The translations under genes and the position numbers were made by a program. From an uncultured Acidobacteriota bacterium (GTDB lineage: Bacteria > Acidobacteriota > Thermoanaerobaculia > UBA5066), in NCBI GenBank assembly GCA_963721385.1, contig CAVRJB010000008.1:42074-106073 (forward strand): a stretch of 64,000 nucleotides of DNA, read 5' to 3'. The notes below the pieces were generated by a model. That model searched no databases and had not been told where the DNA came from. It was given only the letters and a program-made list of their open reading frames with translations. Shown piece after piece: positions 30,359-39,986 of the stretch (the first letter of the stretch is position 1; each line of letters starts with the position of its first letter).

Positions 30359-31318
30359 TCACCCCTTGGGGACAAGGCCCGCCGCGCGCGGCCACGAGCC
30401 GGTCACCTCGAACGGCCGCGGGTTCCGCGCGCGTTCCATCAGGAGCTCGGCCATCGCCCGGACGATCCAGTCGAAGTTCTCCTTGCCGACGGAGTGAAGG
30501 TCCGCGTCGGGCGCGGCGTTCATGAAGTCGATCGCATACGGGACGCCGTCCCGCACGGCGAACTCCGCCGTGTTCAGGTCGTAGCCGAGGGCGTCGCAGA
30601 GCGCGAGCGCGTCGCGGGTGACCCGCTCGACCAGCGCGGCCGGCATCGCCTTTCCCTTCGCGGCGGCGTAGCGGAGGTGGTGCGGCTCCTTCGGGGCGTA
30701 CGGCATGATCCGGACCCGCTTCCGCCCGACGACGTAGCAGCGGTAGTAGTCGGTGAACTCGATCGCCTCCTGCGCCATCATCGTCAGGTCGCGCGTCTGG
30801 TCGTACGCCGCGAAGAACGCCTCGCGGTCGTCGCACTTGTAGACGTCCTTCCAGCCGCCGCCGTACGCCGGCTTCAGGAAGATCGGGAAGCCGAGGTACG
30901 CGAAGACCGCGTCCCAGTCGACGAAGGAGAGGTTCCGGAACGACTTCTCCGTCGTGCTCGGCGGGTGCTGCTTGTGGGGGAGGATGACCGTCCGCGGCAC
31001 GGCCACGTTCAGGCTCAGCGCAACGACGTTGTTGAAGAACTTGTCGTCGGCCGCTCCCCACATCGGGTTGTTGATCACCTGCGCGCCCCGGGCGATCGCG
31101 CACTTCAGCCAGGTCCGGTAGAAGGGGACCTCGTGGCTGATCCGGTCGAGGATCACGGCGTAGTCGGACGGCGCGTCCTGGCGCACCGCGCCGATCCGGA
31201 CCGGCTCCGCCTCGATCGCCTCGCCGCCCGCCTTCGCGAGGCGGTTGATCTCGTCGACGAGCGCCCAGGGGAACGAGTCTTCCATCCCGAACAGGACGCC
31301 GATCTTCTTCTTGGACAT
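30359..31318 (-). CDS. ATP-grasp family protein
   Basis: 319 aa with an ATP-grasp-type fold (KPAYGGGWKDVY...). Confidence 0.5.
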   Translation of the reverse strand: MSKKKIGVLFGMEDSFPWALVDEINRLAKAGGEAIEAEPVRIGAVRQDAPSDYAVILDRISHEVPFYRTWLKCAIARGAQVINNPMWGAADDKFFNNVVALSLNVAVPRTVILPHKQHPPSTTEKSFRNLSFVDWDAVFAYLGFPIFLKPAYGGGWKDVYKCDDREAFFAAYDQTRDLTMMAQEAIEFTDYYRCYVVGRKRVRIMPYAPKEPHHLRYAAAKGKAMPAALVERVTRDALALCDALGYDLNTAEFAVRDGVPYAIDFMNAAPDADLHSVGKENFDWIVRAMAELLMERARNPRPFEVTGSWPRAAGLVPKG

Positions 31319-31384
31319 GCCGCGCGTCTCCGTTTCTCCGATGATCCGCGGATCCTAGCAGGCAGTCCGCTAGACTCCGCCGCC

Positions 31385-32089
31385 ATGAAGCGGACGTACG
31401 GCGCGTGGGACAGCCCCTCTCTCGGGCGCAACATGGAGTATCTCTGGTTCGGCGACCGCGGGCGGCCGCTCCTCCTCTTCCCGACCTCGATGGGGCGCTT
31501 CTACCAGAACGAGGACTTCGGCCTCGTCGGCGCCCTCGCCGAAAAGGTCGATGCCGGCTGGATCCAGGTGATCTGCGTCGACTCGGTCGACGCCGAGAGC
31601 TGGTACGACAAGCAGGCGCACCCCCGCGACCGCGTCCGCCGACACGATCAGTACGACCGTTACCTCAAGGACGAGATGTTTCCGCTGATCGTCCAGCGGA
31701 CGGGGGGAAACATCGCCGTCGGCGGCGCCTCATTCGGCGCGTATCACGCGGCGAACGTCGCGGGGCGCTACCCCGGGCTCGTCACGAAGGCCATCTGCTT
31801 CTCCGGCCTCTACCACATGGGGCGCTACCTCGACGGGTACTGGGACGAGACCTGCTACTTCCACTCCCCCGCTGCCTACCTTCCCAACATGGACGAGGAG
31901 TGGTGCGGCCGGCTCCGCCAGGTCGAGTGGATCGTCGCGACGGGCGAGCAGGACTCGCTCATCGCGGAGAACCGCGGCCTCGCCGACATCCTCGCGAGAA
32001 AGAACGTCGGCTGCCATTCCGAATTCTGGCCCGGCGTCTTCGGGCACGACTGGCCCTTCTGGAACGAGGCGGTCAAGAGGCTGATCTGA
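31385..32089 (+). CDS. esterase family protein (alpha/beta hydrolase, esterase D / enterochelin-esterase-like)
   Basis: GGASFGAY nucleophile elbow (GxSxG) and a C-terminal His. Confidence 0.6.
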   Translation: MKRTYGAWDSPSLGRNMEYLWFGDRGRPLLLFPTSMGRFYQNEDFGLVGALAEKVDAGWIQVICVDSVDAESWYDKQAHPRDRVRRHDQYDRYLKDEMFPLIVQRTGGNIAVGGASFGAYHAANVAGRYPGLVTKAICFSGLYHMGRYLDGYWDETCYFHSPAAYLPNMDEEWCGRLRQVEWIVATGEQDSLIAENRGLADILARKNVGCHSEFWPGVFGHDWPFWNEAVKRLI

Positions 32090-32121
32090 TCGTTTGACGG
32101 TGGCCGCCTACGTCGGGCCCG

Positions 32122-34425
32122 TCACCGGTTGCTGGCGCCGGCGATCTCCCTGTCGGCGGCGATGGCGCGCTGCAGCGCCTCGGCGGCGGCGTTCGAGCGG
32201 CCGAGGGCGGCGTTCACGTTCGCCAGCGAGCGCCAGAGCTCCGGCCGGTGGGGGGCGGCGCGCGCTGCCTCCTCGGCCGCCTCGAGCGCGAGGTCGAGGT
32301 TTCCCTGGCGTTCGTAGCCCGTCGCGAGGGCGTGGAGGATCTGCCACGACTCCGGGAAGACGTGCTTGGCGTCGGCGAGGACGTCGAGCGCCCCTTTCCT
32401 GTCCCCGTCCCACTCGTGGTAGCGGGCGAGGAACGCGAAGTCTTCCGGGCGGCGCTCGTCCAGGTCTTGCGTGACCGACTCGAAGAAGCGCCGCGCCGAA
32501 TCGCCCGCGGCCTTCGCTCCTTCGAGCGACAGGCCGGACTCGAGGCCGAGGACGAGGGCCTGGGCGCCGGCGCGCTTCAGGGACGTGCTCTTGGGCCACG
32601 CCTTCATCCACGGATCGCACAGCGAGAGCGTTCGGCCCCATCCCCCCGTCTTCACGAGGCAGGAGACGTAGAGCTCGGCACGCTCGCGCCCCTTTTCGCC
32701 CGACCGGGAGAGGTTGACGGGGTCGCCCAGCTCGGCCAGCGCCTCGTCCCACCGCTCGAGGAGGACGAGCGTCTTCACGAGTGCCATCGGCGTGCCCGGG
32801 GAGGCGTCGGGCTTCCCCTTCGCCTCGCGGAAGAGGGCGGCCGCCAGGCGGAGGTCCTTCAGCCTTTCGGGGCGGTTCCGCTCGGAGGCTTTCATCGCCA
32901 CCTTCACGAGGAGCGCCGCCGCGGTTTCGAGGGCGGGCGTTTCGCGTCCGGCCTTCAGCCGCTGCATCGCCGTTTTCGCGGCGTCGGCGCCGCGGTCGAG
33001 GGCGCTCTGTGCCCTCACGAGGACGTCGAGGAGGTCGCGGTCCCCGGCATGCCGCGCCGTCCCGGCGAACGCGAGCCGCTCGGCCTGGGCGAAGTCGCCG
33101 AGGGCGAGGCAGGCCTGAGCCGCGAGGACGAGCGACTCTTTCGGCCGCTCGGCGGCGCCCGACAGCGTGTCGAGCGTCTTCAGCGTCTCCGCGGGCCGGT
33201 TCAGCTTCAGGTGCGTCCGAGCCATGCCGAGGACGATCGCCTGCTGGAGCTCGTCGTCGGCCAGCTCCTTCACGAGCGACGGCATGTAGTGCCGCGAGTA
33301 GACGAGGTGGGCTTTCGCCGCGTCGCCGGCCGCCTCGAGCGCGGAGGCCTCCTCGAGGTCGCGGCGGGCCCCCTCCCAGGCGACCGGGGCGCGCCGGCCG
33401 TCGCTCCCGTCGGCCGTCACGAATCCTCCCGAGGCCATCCGCGCCTTCAGGGATGCGGCGTCGAGGGTCCGGCTGGCATAGCGCTGCTTCGGGAGGAACG
33501 GAGCGGCATCGACGCCCTTCAGGAGCGCCGCGTTCACGATCGCCTCGCCGAGCGCCTTGAAGTCCGGGAAGCGCTCCTCCCGGTCGTTCGAAAGGCACTT
33601 CTTGATCACGTCGTCCGCCCCGAACGAGGAGCGCCGGAAGATCCCCGACATCCTCCGCGGCGCCTCGAACAGCTTCTTCCTCCGGAGCTCGTCCCAGGTC
33701 GGTGCGTCGAACGGCGGCCGGCCCGTCTCCCACTCGTACATGATCGTGCCGAGGCTGTAGATGTCGCTCCGGACGTCGACCGGCACGCCGCCGAGGACCT
33801 GCTCGGGCGAGGCATAGGCGATCGACCCGAGGATGAGGCGCGCCTCGGCGCTTCCCGTCTTTACCGGGGGACCGGGCGGGGCGTGCTTCCAGCCGTCGGT
33901 CCCGACCTCGAGGATCTGGGCGATGCCCCAGTCGGAGACCTGCGCCTTGCCGTGCTCGTCGAACAGGATGTTCTCGGGCTTCAGGTCCCGATGCAGGACG
34001 TCCTGCTTCGTGGCCGCCCACTCCAGGGTGCCGGCCACCCGGATCATCGTGGAATAGAAGGCGGCGGCGTCCTTCTTCGCCATCTTCGACCGGAGGCTCC
34101 CCCCTTCCATCCAGCGCGAGACGACGACCGGCCGGCCGCGCCACCTGAAGACGCAGAGGGCCTCGAGGATCCCGTCGCAAGCCGAGAGGTTCAGCCAGAC
34201 CCGAAGCTCCGTCAGGAACCGGTCCAGCGCCTCGGCGTCGTACGCGCCCGCGAAGACCGGCATCTTCAGCGCGAACGGGGCGCCGAGCATCGTCGGTCGG
34301 ATCCGGAGACAGACGCCCATTCCCCCCTTGATGACCTCGTCGACCGTGAAGGTCGCCTCCTCGAGGCCCTGCTGCTTCGCCAGTTCGGGAAAGGTCAGGG
34401 TGTCGCCGACGCGGATCGAAACCAC
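32122..34425 (-). CDS. serine/threonine protein kinase with C-terminal TPR-like repeats
   Basis: HRDLKPEN, DWG and SPE motifs, followed by about 450 aa of helical-repeat region. Confidence 0.8.
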   Translation of the reverse strand: MVSIRVGDTLTFPELAKQQGLEEATFTVDEVIKGGMGVCLRIRPTMLGAPFALKMPVFAGAYDAEALDRFLTELRVWLNLSACDGILEALCVFRWRGRPVVVSRWMEGGSLRSKMAKKDAAAFYSTMIRVAGTLEWAATKQDVLHRDLKPENILFDEHGKAQVSDWGIAQILEVGTDGWKHAPPGPPVKTGSAEARLILGSIAYASPEQVLGGVPVDVRSDIYSLGTIMYEWETGRPPFDAPTWDELRRKKLFEAPRRMSGIFRRSSFGADDVIKKCLSNDREERFPDFKALGEAIVNAALLKGVDAAPFLPKQRYASRTLDAASLKARMASGGFVTADGSDGRRAPVAWEGARRDLEEASALEAAGDAAKAHLVYSRHYMPSLVKELADDELQQAIVLGMARTHLKLNRPAETLKTLDTLSGAAERPKESLVLAAQACLALGDFAQAERLAFAGTARHAGDRDLLDVLVRAQSALDRGADAAKTAMQRLKAGRETPALETAAALLVKVAMKASERNRPERLKDLRLAAALFREAKGKPDASPGTPMALVKTLVLLERWDEALAELGDPVNLSRSGEKGRERAELYVSCLVKTGGWGRTLSLCDPWMKAWPKSTSLKRAGAQALVLGLESGLSLEGAKAAGDSARRFFESVTQDLDERRPEDFAFLARYHEWDGDRKGALDVLADAKHVFPESWQILHALATGYERQGNLDLALEAAEEAARAAPHRPELWRSLANVNAALGRSNAAAEALQRAIAADREIAGASNR

Positions 34426-34542
34426 GACCTAATGATGCGACCAAAGTGTCCGATTTGCTTCACGAGGCGGACGGCACGGGCGGCCCTTCCCGGGCCGACC
34501 GCCGTAAACTCCCACCGGCTCGACCCCGAGCCCGAGGTGCTC

Positions 34543-36141
34543 ATGAACCCCACCGTCCCCCGCCGCCCGCGGCCCGCTCGGGCCGCCGGGCTTCTCCTCC
34601 TCGCCGCCGGCCTTCTTGCCGGCGCGCTCCCGGCCTTCGCACAGGAGCTGAAGGTCGAGGAGCGGACCCTGTCGAACGGGCTGAAGCTCCTCCTCCTTCC
34701 CCGGAAGGACGAGCCGACGATCGCCTGCGGCTGGGTCGCGAAGGTCGGCAGCGTCAACGAGCGCCCCGGGATCACCGGCATCAGCCATCTCTTCGAGCAC
34801 ATGATGTTCAAGGGGACGCCGACGATCGGGACGAAGGACGCGAGGAAGGACCTCGAGATCATCGAGGAGCAGGAGAAGGTCCGTGCCGGGATGCACGAAG
34901 AGATCTCGAAGATGCGCGCCGCCTGGCGCCGCGGCGAGATCGACGACATCACGAAGCCCGAGAACAAGACCACGCGGTACAAGGAGCTCGAGGCGAAGTT
35001 CGACGCGCTCGTGAAGGCCCAGCGCGACCTCCTGGTCAAGAACGAGTTCGACCGGATCTACACCGGGCAGGGGGGCTCGGGGATGAACGCCTTCACGACG
35101 TACGACATGACGGGCTACTTCGTCACCGTCCCGAAGAACAAGCTCGAGCTCTGGATGTGGATGGAGTCGGACCGCCTCCTCTCCCCCGTCTTCCGGGAGT
35201 TCTACGCCGAGCGGGACGTCGTCTACGAGGAGCGCCGCCTGCGCGTCGAGTCGACGCCGACCGGAAAGCTGGAAGAGGCCTTCGAGGAGATCTTCTGGCA
35301 CAGCTCCCCCTACTCGTGGCCCGTCCTCGGCTACCCCTCGGACGTCGCGGCCATCACGAAACAGCAGGCGGACGACTACTACGCGCTCTACTACGCGCCG
35401 AACAACGTCACCGCGATCCTCGTCGGCGACTTCGACCCGAAGGAGGCCCTCGCCCTCGCCGAGCGCTACCTGGGCCGGATTCCGCGAGGGAAGAACCCGC
35501 CCCCCGAGGTCATCACGACCCCGCCGAAGTGGGACGCCGAGGTCCGTTTTTCCGGCGAGGCGGAGACGAACCCCGAGATCGAGATCTCCTGGCACACCGT
35601 CCCCTTCCAGAACCGGGACAGCTACGCGCTGGAAATCCTGGCCGGCCTCCTGAACGGCCGGACGGGGCGCCTCGAGAAGGCGCTCGTCCTCCCCGCAAAC
35701 GCCGTCGCCACGAATGCGAGCGCCTCGGCGGGAGGCGTCATGAGCGGGGCCCCGCTGAAGTACGCCGGCGCCTTCTCCGTGGGCGCCGAAGTGAAGGAGG
35801 GAAAGTCGCTCGGGGACGTTGAGACGGGGATCCTCGCCGAGATCGAGAAGCTCAAGGAGCAGCCGGTCCCGGCCGAAGAGCTCCAGAAGGTGAAGAACAA
35901 CGTCGCCGCCGCCTCGTTTCGGCGGCTCTCGAGCAATTTCTACATCATGTTCCAGCTCCTCCACTACGAAGGCTTCGGCGACTGGCGCGAGATGAACGAG
36001 GCGCCGCGAAAGGCCGCGGCGGTCACCGCCGGGGACGTGCAGCGGGTCGCGAAGACCTACTTCCGAAAGGACAACCGCGCCGTCTATCTCGTCACCCGCA
36101 AGGAAGGGGCTGCCGCCCAGCCGTCGACGGTGAAGAAGTGA
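34543..36141 (+). CDS. secreted M16 family zinc peptidase (active subunit)
   Basis: Signal peptide and the inverted zinc motif HLFEHMMF (HxxEH). 532 aa. Confidence 0.85.
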   Translation: MNPTVPRRPRPARAAGLLLLAAGLLAGALPAFAQELKVEERTLSNGLKLLLLPRKDEPTIACGWVAKVGSVNERPGITGISHLFEHMMFKGTPTIGTKDARKDLEIIEEQEKVRAGMHEEISKMRAAWRRGEIDDITKPENKTTRYKELEAKFDALVKAQRDLLVKNEFDRIYTGQGGSGMNAFTTYDMTGYFVTVPKNKLELWMWMESDRLLSPVFREFYAERDVVYEERRLRVESTPTGKLEEAFEEIFWHSSPYSWPVLGYPSDVAAITKQQADDYYALYYAPNNVTAILVGDFDPKEALALAERYLGRIPRGKNPPPEVITTPPKWDAEVRFSGEAETNPEIEISWHTVPFQNRDSYALEILAGLLNGRTGRLEKALVLPANAVATNASASAGGVMSGAPLKYAGAFSVGAEVKEGKSLGDVETGILAEIEKLKEQPVPAEELQKVKNNVAAASFRRLSSNFYIMFQLLHYEGFGDWREMNEAPRKAAAVTAGDVQRVAKTYFRKDNRAVYLVTRKEGAAAQPSTVKK

Positions 36142-37672
36142 GGACCCCGAACGTGACAGACCACGGCCCTTCTCCTCCACGCCTCCTCTCCCTCCTCCTC
36201 CTGGCCTCGTCCCTTCCGGCCACGGAGATCGCCACCCACCCGGACAAGCTGACGTACCCGGCGTTCGCCTTCACGCCCCCGTCGGCGAAGGACCACCGGA
36301 CCGTCCTCCCGTCGGGCCCCGTCGTCTACGTCGCCGAGAACCGCGAGCTCCCGATCGTGAACGTCAGCCTCGTCTTCCGGGGTGGGACGTACCTCGACCC
36401 GGCCGGCAAGGAGGGCCTCGCGTCCCTCGCGGGCACCCTCCTGACGCGGAGCGGGACGAAGGGCCGGACCCCCGAGCAGCTCGAGGAGCGGCTCGCCTTC
36501 CTCGCCGCCCAGCTCTCGTCCGGCTGGTCCGACGACCGCGGCGCCGTGACGCTCAACCTCCTCTCGAAGGACCTCGACGAGGGGCTCGCCATCCTCCGCG
36601 AAGTCCTGACCGAGCCGCGCTACGCCGAAGAGCGGATCAGGCTCCGGAAGGAGCAGCGCCTCTCGGAGATGAAGCAGCGGAACGACGACTCCGCCGCCAT
36701 CGAGGCGCGCGAGCGGGACTTCCTCGTCTACGGGAACGATTTCTTCGTGACCCGCTACGACACGAAGGCCTCCCTCGACTCTCTCACGCAGGGCGACCTT
36801 TTGGCCTTCCAGAAGAAGTGGATTCACCCCCGGAACGTCCTTGTCGCCGTCTCGGGCGACGTCGACCGGGCCGCGATCCTGAAGAAGCTCGACGCGCTCT
36901 TCGCCGCGCTGGCCGACGCCGGGCGAGGCCGCGCCGCCCGTTCCGAAGCCCAGCCACACCCTGGCGCCCGGGACCTTCCTCGTCGACAAGGACGTCAACC
37001 AGGGACGCGTCTTCGATCCTGCTCCCCGGGATCTCGCGCGACGACCCGGACTACTTCCCCGCCGTCGTCATGAACGACATCCTCGGCGGAGGCGGCTTCA
37101 CGAGCCGGATTACGAATCGCGTCCGGTCGGACGAGGGGCTCGCCTACTCGGCCAACTCGCAGTTCAGCGGCGGCGTCTGGTACCCCGGCACCTGGAGCGC
37201 CTCGTTCCAGTCGAAGGTCCGGACCGCGTCGTACGCAGCCGAGATCGTCCTCGACGAGGTGAAGAAGCTCCGCGCGGGCGGCGTCACCGACGAGGAGCTG
37301 AAGACCGCCAAGGCCTCGTTCGTCGAGACCTTCCCGCGCCGCTTCGCCACGAAGGCGCGGGTCGCGGGAGCGCTCCTCGACGAGGAGTTCACGGGCCGCT
37401 ACAGGACCGACCCGAACTACTTCGCCGAGGTCCGCGGCCGGATCGAGAAGGTGACGGCCGCCGACGCGAAGCGCGTCGCGGACCGCCTGCTGTCTCCCGA
37501 GAAGGTGACGATCCTCGCCGTCGGGAACAGGGAAGGCCTCCTGAACCCCGATCCGAAGCACCCCGTGACGTTCGCCGACCTGACCAGAGGAAAGCTGACG
37601 TTCCTGCCGCTCCGGGATCCGATGACGATGCAGCCGATCACGGCTCCGGCGCCGGACGGGAGCGGAAAGTGA
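36138..37672 (+). CDS. secreted M16 family peptidase, non-catalytic partner subunit; two apparent +1 indels near 36905 and 37010
   Basis: Homology runs through three frames (ORF 36138..37073, a 35-aa middle segment, ORF 36818..37672). Removing one G and one T restores ...ALFAALPTPGEAAPPVPKPSHTLAPGTFLVDKDVNQGRVSILLPGISRDDPDYF... Confidence 0.7.
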
Positions 37673-39903
37673 GGGTGCGGAAGGAGACCAGCGCTTCCGC
37701 CCTCTTCCTCCTCGCTCTTCCGTTCGTCCTCTCGGCCCAGGCTCCGGCCAGGAAGTCGCTCACGCTCGAAGCGATCAGCGGCCCGGAGTCCCTCGTCCCG
37801 CGCGGCGCGACCGGAATCGCGTGGCGGGACGGCGGCCGCGTCACCTGGCTGACGACCGAGGGGCGCGGGAAGGAGACCTCGACGACGCTCTGGCAGTACG
37901 ACACGGCCAAGGGAAAGAAGACGGCGCTCCTCGTCAAACCGATGCTGCCGGCGGCGAAGGGCGTGGACGGAACGGACGAAGCGCCGAAGCCGCTGGCGCT
38001 CGCCGGCATGCAGTGGAGCCCGTCGGGGTCCGTCCTGCTCTCCTCGGGCGCTTCCGACCTCTGGATCTGGGACTTCGGCGCGAAGGCCGGGCGGGAGCTC
38101 CGCCGCCTGACGAACGACGCCGATGACGAGGAAGTCCCCGGGTTCTCTCCCGACGGGTCGCGCGTCGCCTACGTCAAGAAGAACGACCTCTGGGTTCTCG
38201 ACCTCGCGAGCGGCAAGGAAACGCGCCTCACGACGACCGGAAGCGAGACCGTCCTGAACGGGAAGCTCGACTGGGTCTACGAGGAGGAACTCGCGCACCG
38301 GCGGAGCGGCCGGTCGTTCGAGTGGGCGCCCGATTCGAAGGCCATCGCCTATCTCCGCCTCGACGAAGGCCGCGTCCCCGAATACCCGATCGTCGACTAC
38401 ACCCCGACGAACGGAAAGGTGACCCGCCAGCGCTACCCGAAGGCGGGCGACCCGAACCCCGTTCCGTCGGTCCACCTCGTCGAGATTTCGGGCGCGAAGG
38501 CGTCGGCCCGAGACGCGACGTTCGCGAACGACGACGTCCTCGTCTACCCGGAATTCTCGTGGACGGCCGACTCCTCGGCCGTCTCGTTCGTGAAGCTGAA
38601 CCGCGTCCAGACGAAGGCCGAGGTCTTACTCCTGCCGCGGGACGGCACCGCGCCGAAGCTCCTCCTTTCGGAGAGCGACCCCGCCTGGGTGAATCCCATG
38701 GAGCCGCCGCGCTTCCTCGCGGACGGCTCCGGCTTCCTCTTCGTCTCGGAGCGGACCGGCTTCCGGCACCTCTATCGCTACGCAATGGACGGGACGCTCC
38801 GGAACGCCGTCACCAAGGGCGACTGGATGATCGACGGCCCCGTGGAGGTGGACGAGAGGGCGGGCGTCGCCTTCTTCGCCTCGACGGTGAAGGACCCGCG
38901 CGAGCGGCAGGTTTGCCGCGTCAACCTCGACGGCAGCGGCTTCGCGGTCCTCGCCGCCGAGCCGGGAACGCACTCGGTCGTCCTCTCGCCGTCCGGGCGC
39001 AGCTACGTGGACACCTTCTCGAGCCTGAGCACTCCTCCTTCGCTCCGGCTCCGGTTCGCGGACGGCACGAGCGACATGGCCGCCGCGGCGCTCCACGAGG
39101 TGGCGCTTCCGTTCACCGTCGACTCGCTGGGAACCGTCGAGATGGGCTCCTTCCGCGGCGCCGACGGGACGCTCTTCTACACGTCGCTCGTGAAGCCGGC
39201 CGGCTTCGACCCGGCGAAGAAGTACCCCGCGGTCGTCTACGTCTACGGCGGCCCGCACGAGCAGGTCGTCCGCAACAGGTGGGGCAACGGGACGCTCCTC
39301 GACCGCCTTCTCGCCTCGAAGGGGATCCTCGTCTGGTCGATGGACAACCGTGGCTCGTGGGGCCGCGGCCACGCCTTCGAGACGCCGATCCTGAAGAAGC
39401 TCGGAACGGTCGAGCTCGCGGACCAGCTGTCCGGAATCGCCGAGCTGAAGAAGCTGCCGTTCGTGGACGGCGGCCGCCTCGCGATCCGGGGTTGGTCGTA
39501 CGGCGGCTTCATGACGCTGACGGCCGCGACGCACGCGGGTTCGACGTTCACGTGCGCTATCGCGGGGGCGCCCGTCGTCGCCTGGAGGCTCTACGACTCC
39601 ATCTACACCGAGCGGTACATGAAGCTCCCGAAGGAGAATGCCGAGGGGTACGCGGCGGCCTCGCCGCTCGAGACGGCGGGGACGCTCGGGACGAGGCTCC
39701 TGATCCTCCACGGCACCTCGGACGACAACGTCCACATGCAGAACACCATCCTCTTCGCCGACGAGCTGATGAAGGCGCGGAAGGACTTCGACTTCGTCCC
39801 GCTGCCGCGCCAGGCACACGGTCCCCGCGATCCCGACGCCCGCCTCTACACGGACCAGCGGATCGTCGAGTTCCTCCAGCGGAACCTCCTGAACCGGCCC
39901 TGA
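37669..39903 (+). CDS. secreted dipeptidyl-peptidase IV (S9B family)
   Basis: N-terminal DPP-IV beta-propeller region and a C-terminal prolyl oligopeptidase domain with GWSYGG (GxSxGG) and Asp/His in a conserved context. Confidence 0.85.
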   Translation: MRVRKETSASALFLLALPFVLSAQAPARKSLTLEAISGPESLVPRGATGIAWRDGGRVTWLTTEGRGKETSTTLWQYDTAKGKKTALLVKPMLPAAKGVDGTDEAPKPLALAGMQWSPSGSVLLSSGASDLWIWDFGAKAGRELRRLTNDADDEEVPGFSPDGSRVAYVKKNDLWVLDLASGKETRLTTTGSETVLNGKLDWVYEEELAHRRSGRSFEWAPDSKAIAYLRLDEGRVPEYPIVDYTPTNGKVTRQRYPKAGDPNPVPSVHLVEISGAKASARDATFANDDVLVYPEFSWTADSSAVSFVKLNRVQTKAEVLLLPRDGTAPKLLLSESDPAWVNPMEPPRFLADGSGFLFVSERTGFRHLYRYAMDGTLRNAVTKGDWMIDGPVEVDERAGVAFFASTVKDPRERQVCRVNLDGSGFAVLAAEPGTHSVVLSPSGRSYVDTFSSLSTPPSLRLRFADGTSDMAAAALHEVALPFTVDSLGTVEMGSFRGADGTLFYTSLVKPAGFDPAKKYPAVVYVYGGPHEQVVRNRWGNGTLLDRLLASKGILVWSMDNRGSWGRGHAFETPILKKLGTVELADQLSGIAELKKLPFVDGGRLAIRGWSYGGFMTLTAATHAGSTFTCAIAGAPVVAWRLYDSIYTERYMKLPKENAEGYAAASPLETAGTLGTRLLILHGTSDDNVHMQNTILFADELMKARKDFDFVPLPRQAHGPRDPDARLYTDQRIVEFLQRNLLNRP

Positions 39904-39945
39904 CGCCTCCGGCGTGGCCGCCGCCTGTCCGCGGCGGCCACGTTG
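39904..39945 (+). terminator. perfect 11-bp stem hairpin (GTGGCCGCCGC ctgtcc GCGGCGGCCAC) after the DPP-IV gene
   Basis: Sequence inspection. No U-tract follows, which is common in high-GC genomes. Confidence 0.45.
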
Positions 39946-39986
39946 CCCCGTTGACAGCGGCCGGGCGCCGCCGCAAGCTGGTCTCA

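Noticed and set aside
32248-36141. 1297-aa ORF in the track
   Set aside because: Only its last 532 codons (34543-36141) encode the M16 peptidase. The upstream part is Arg/Gly/Glu-rich antisense read-through of the kinase gene on the other strand, typical of 70 % GC DNA.
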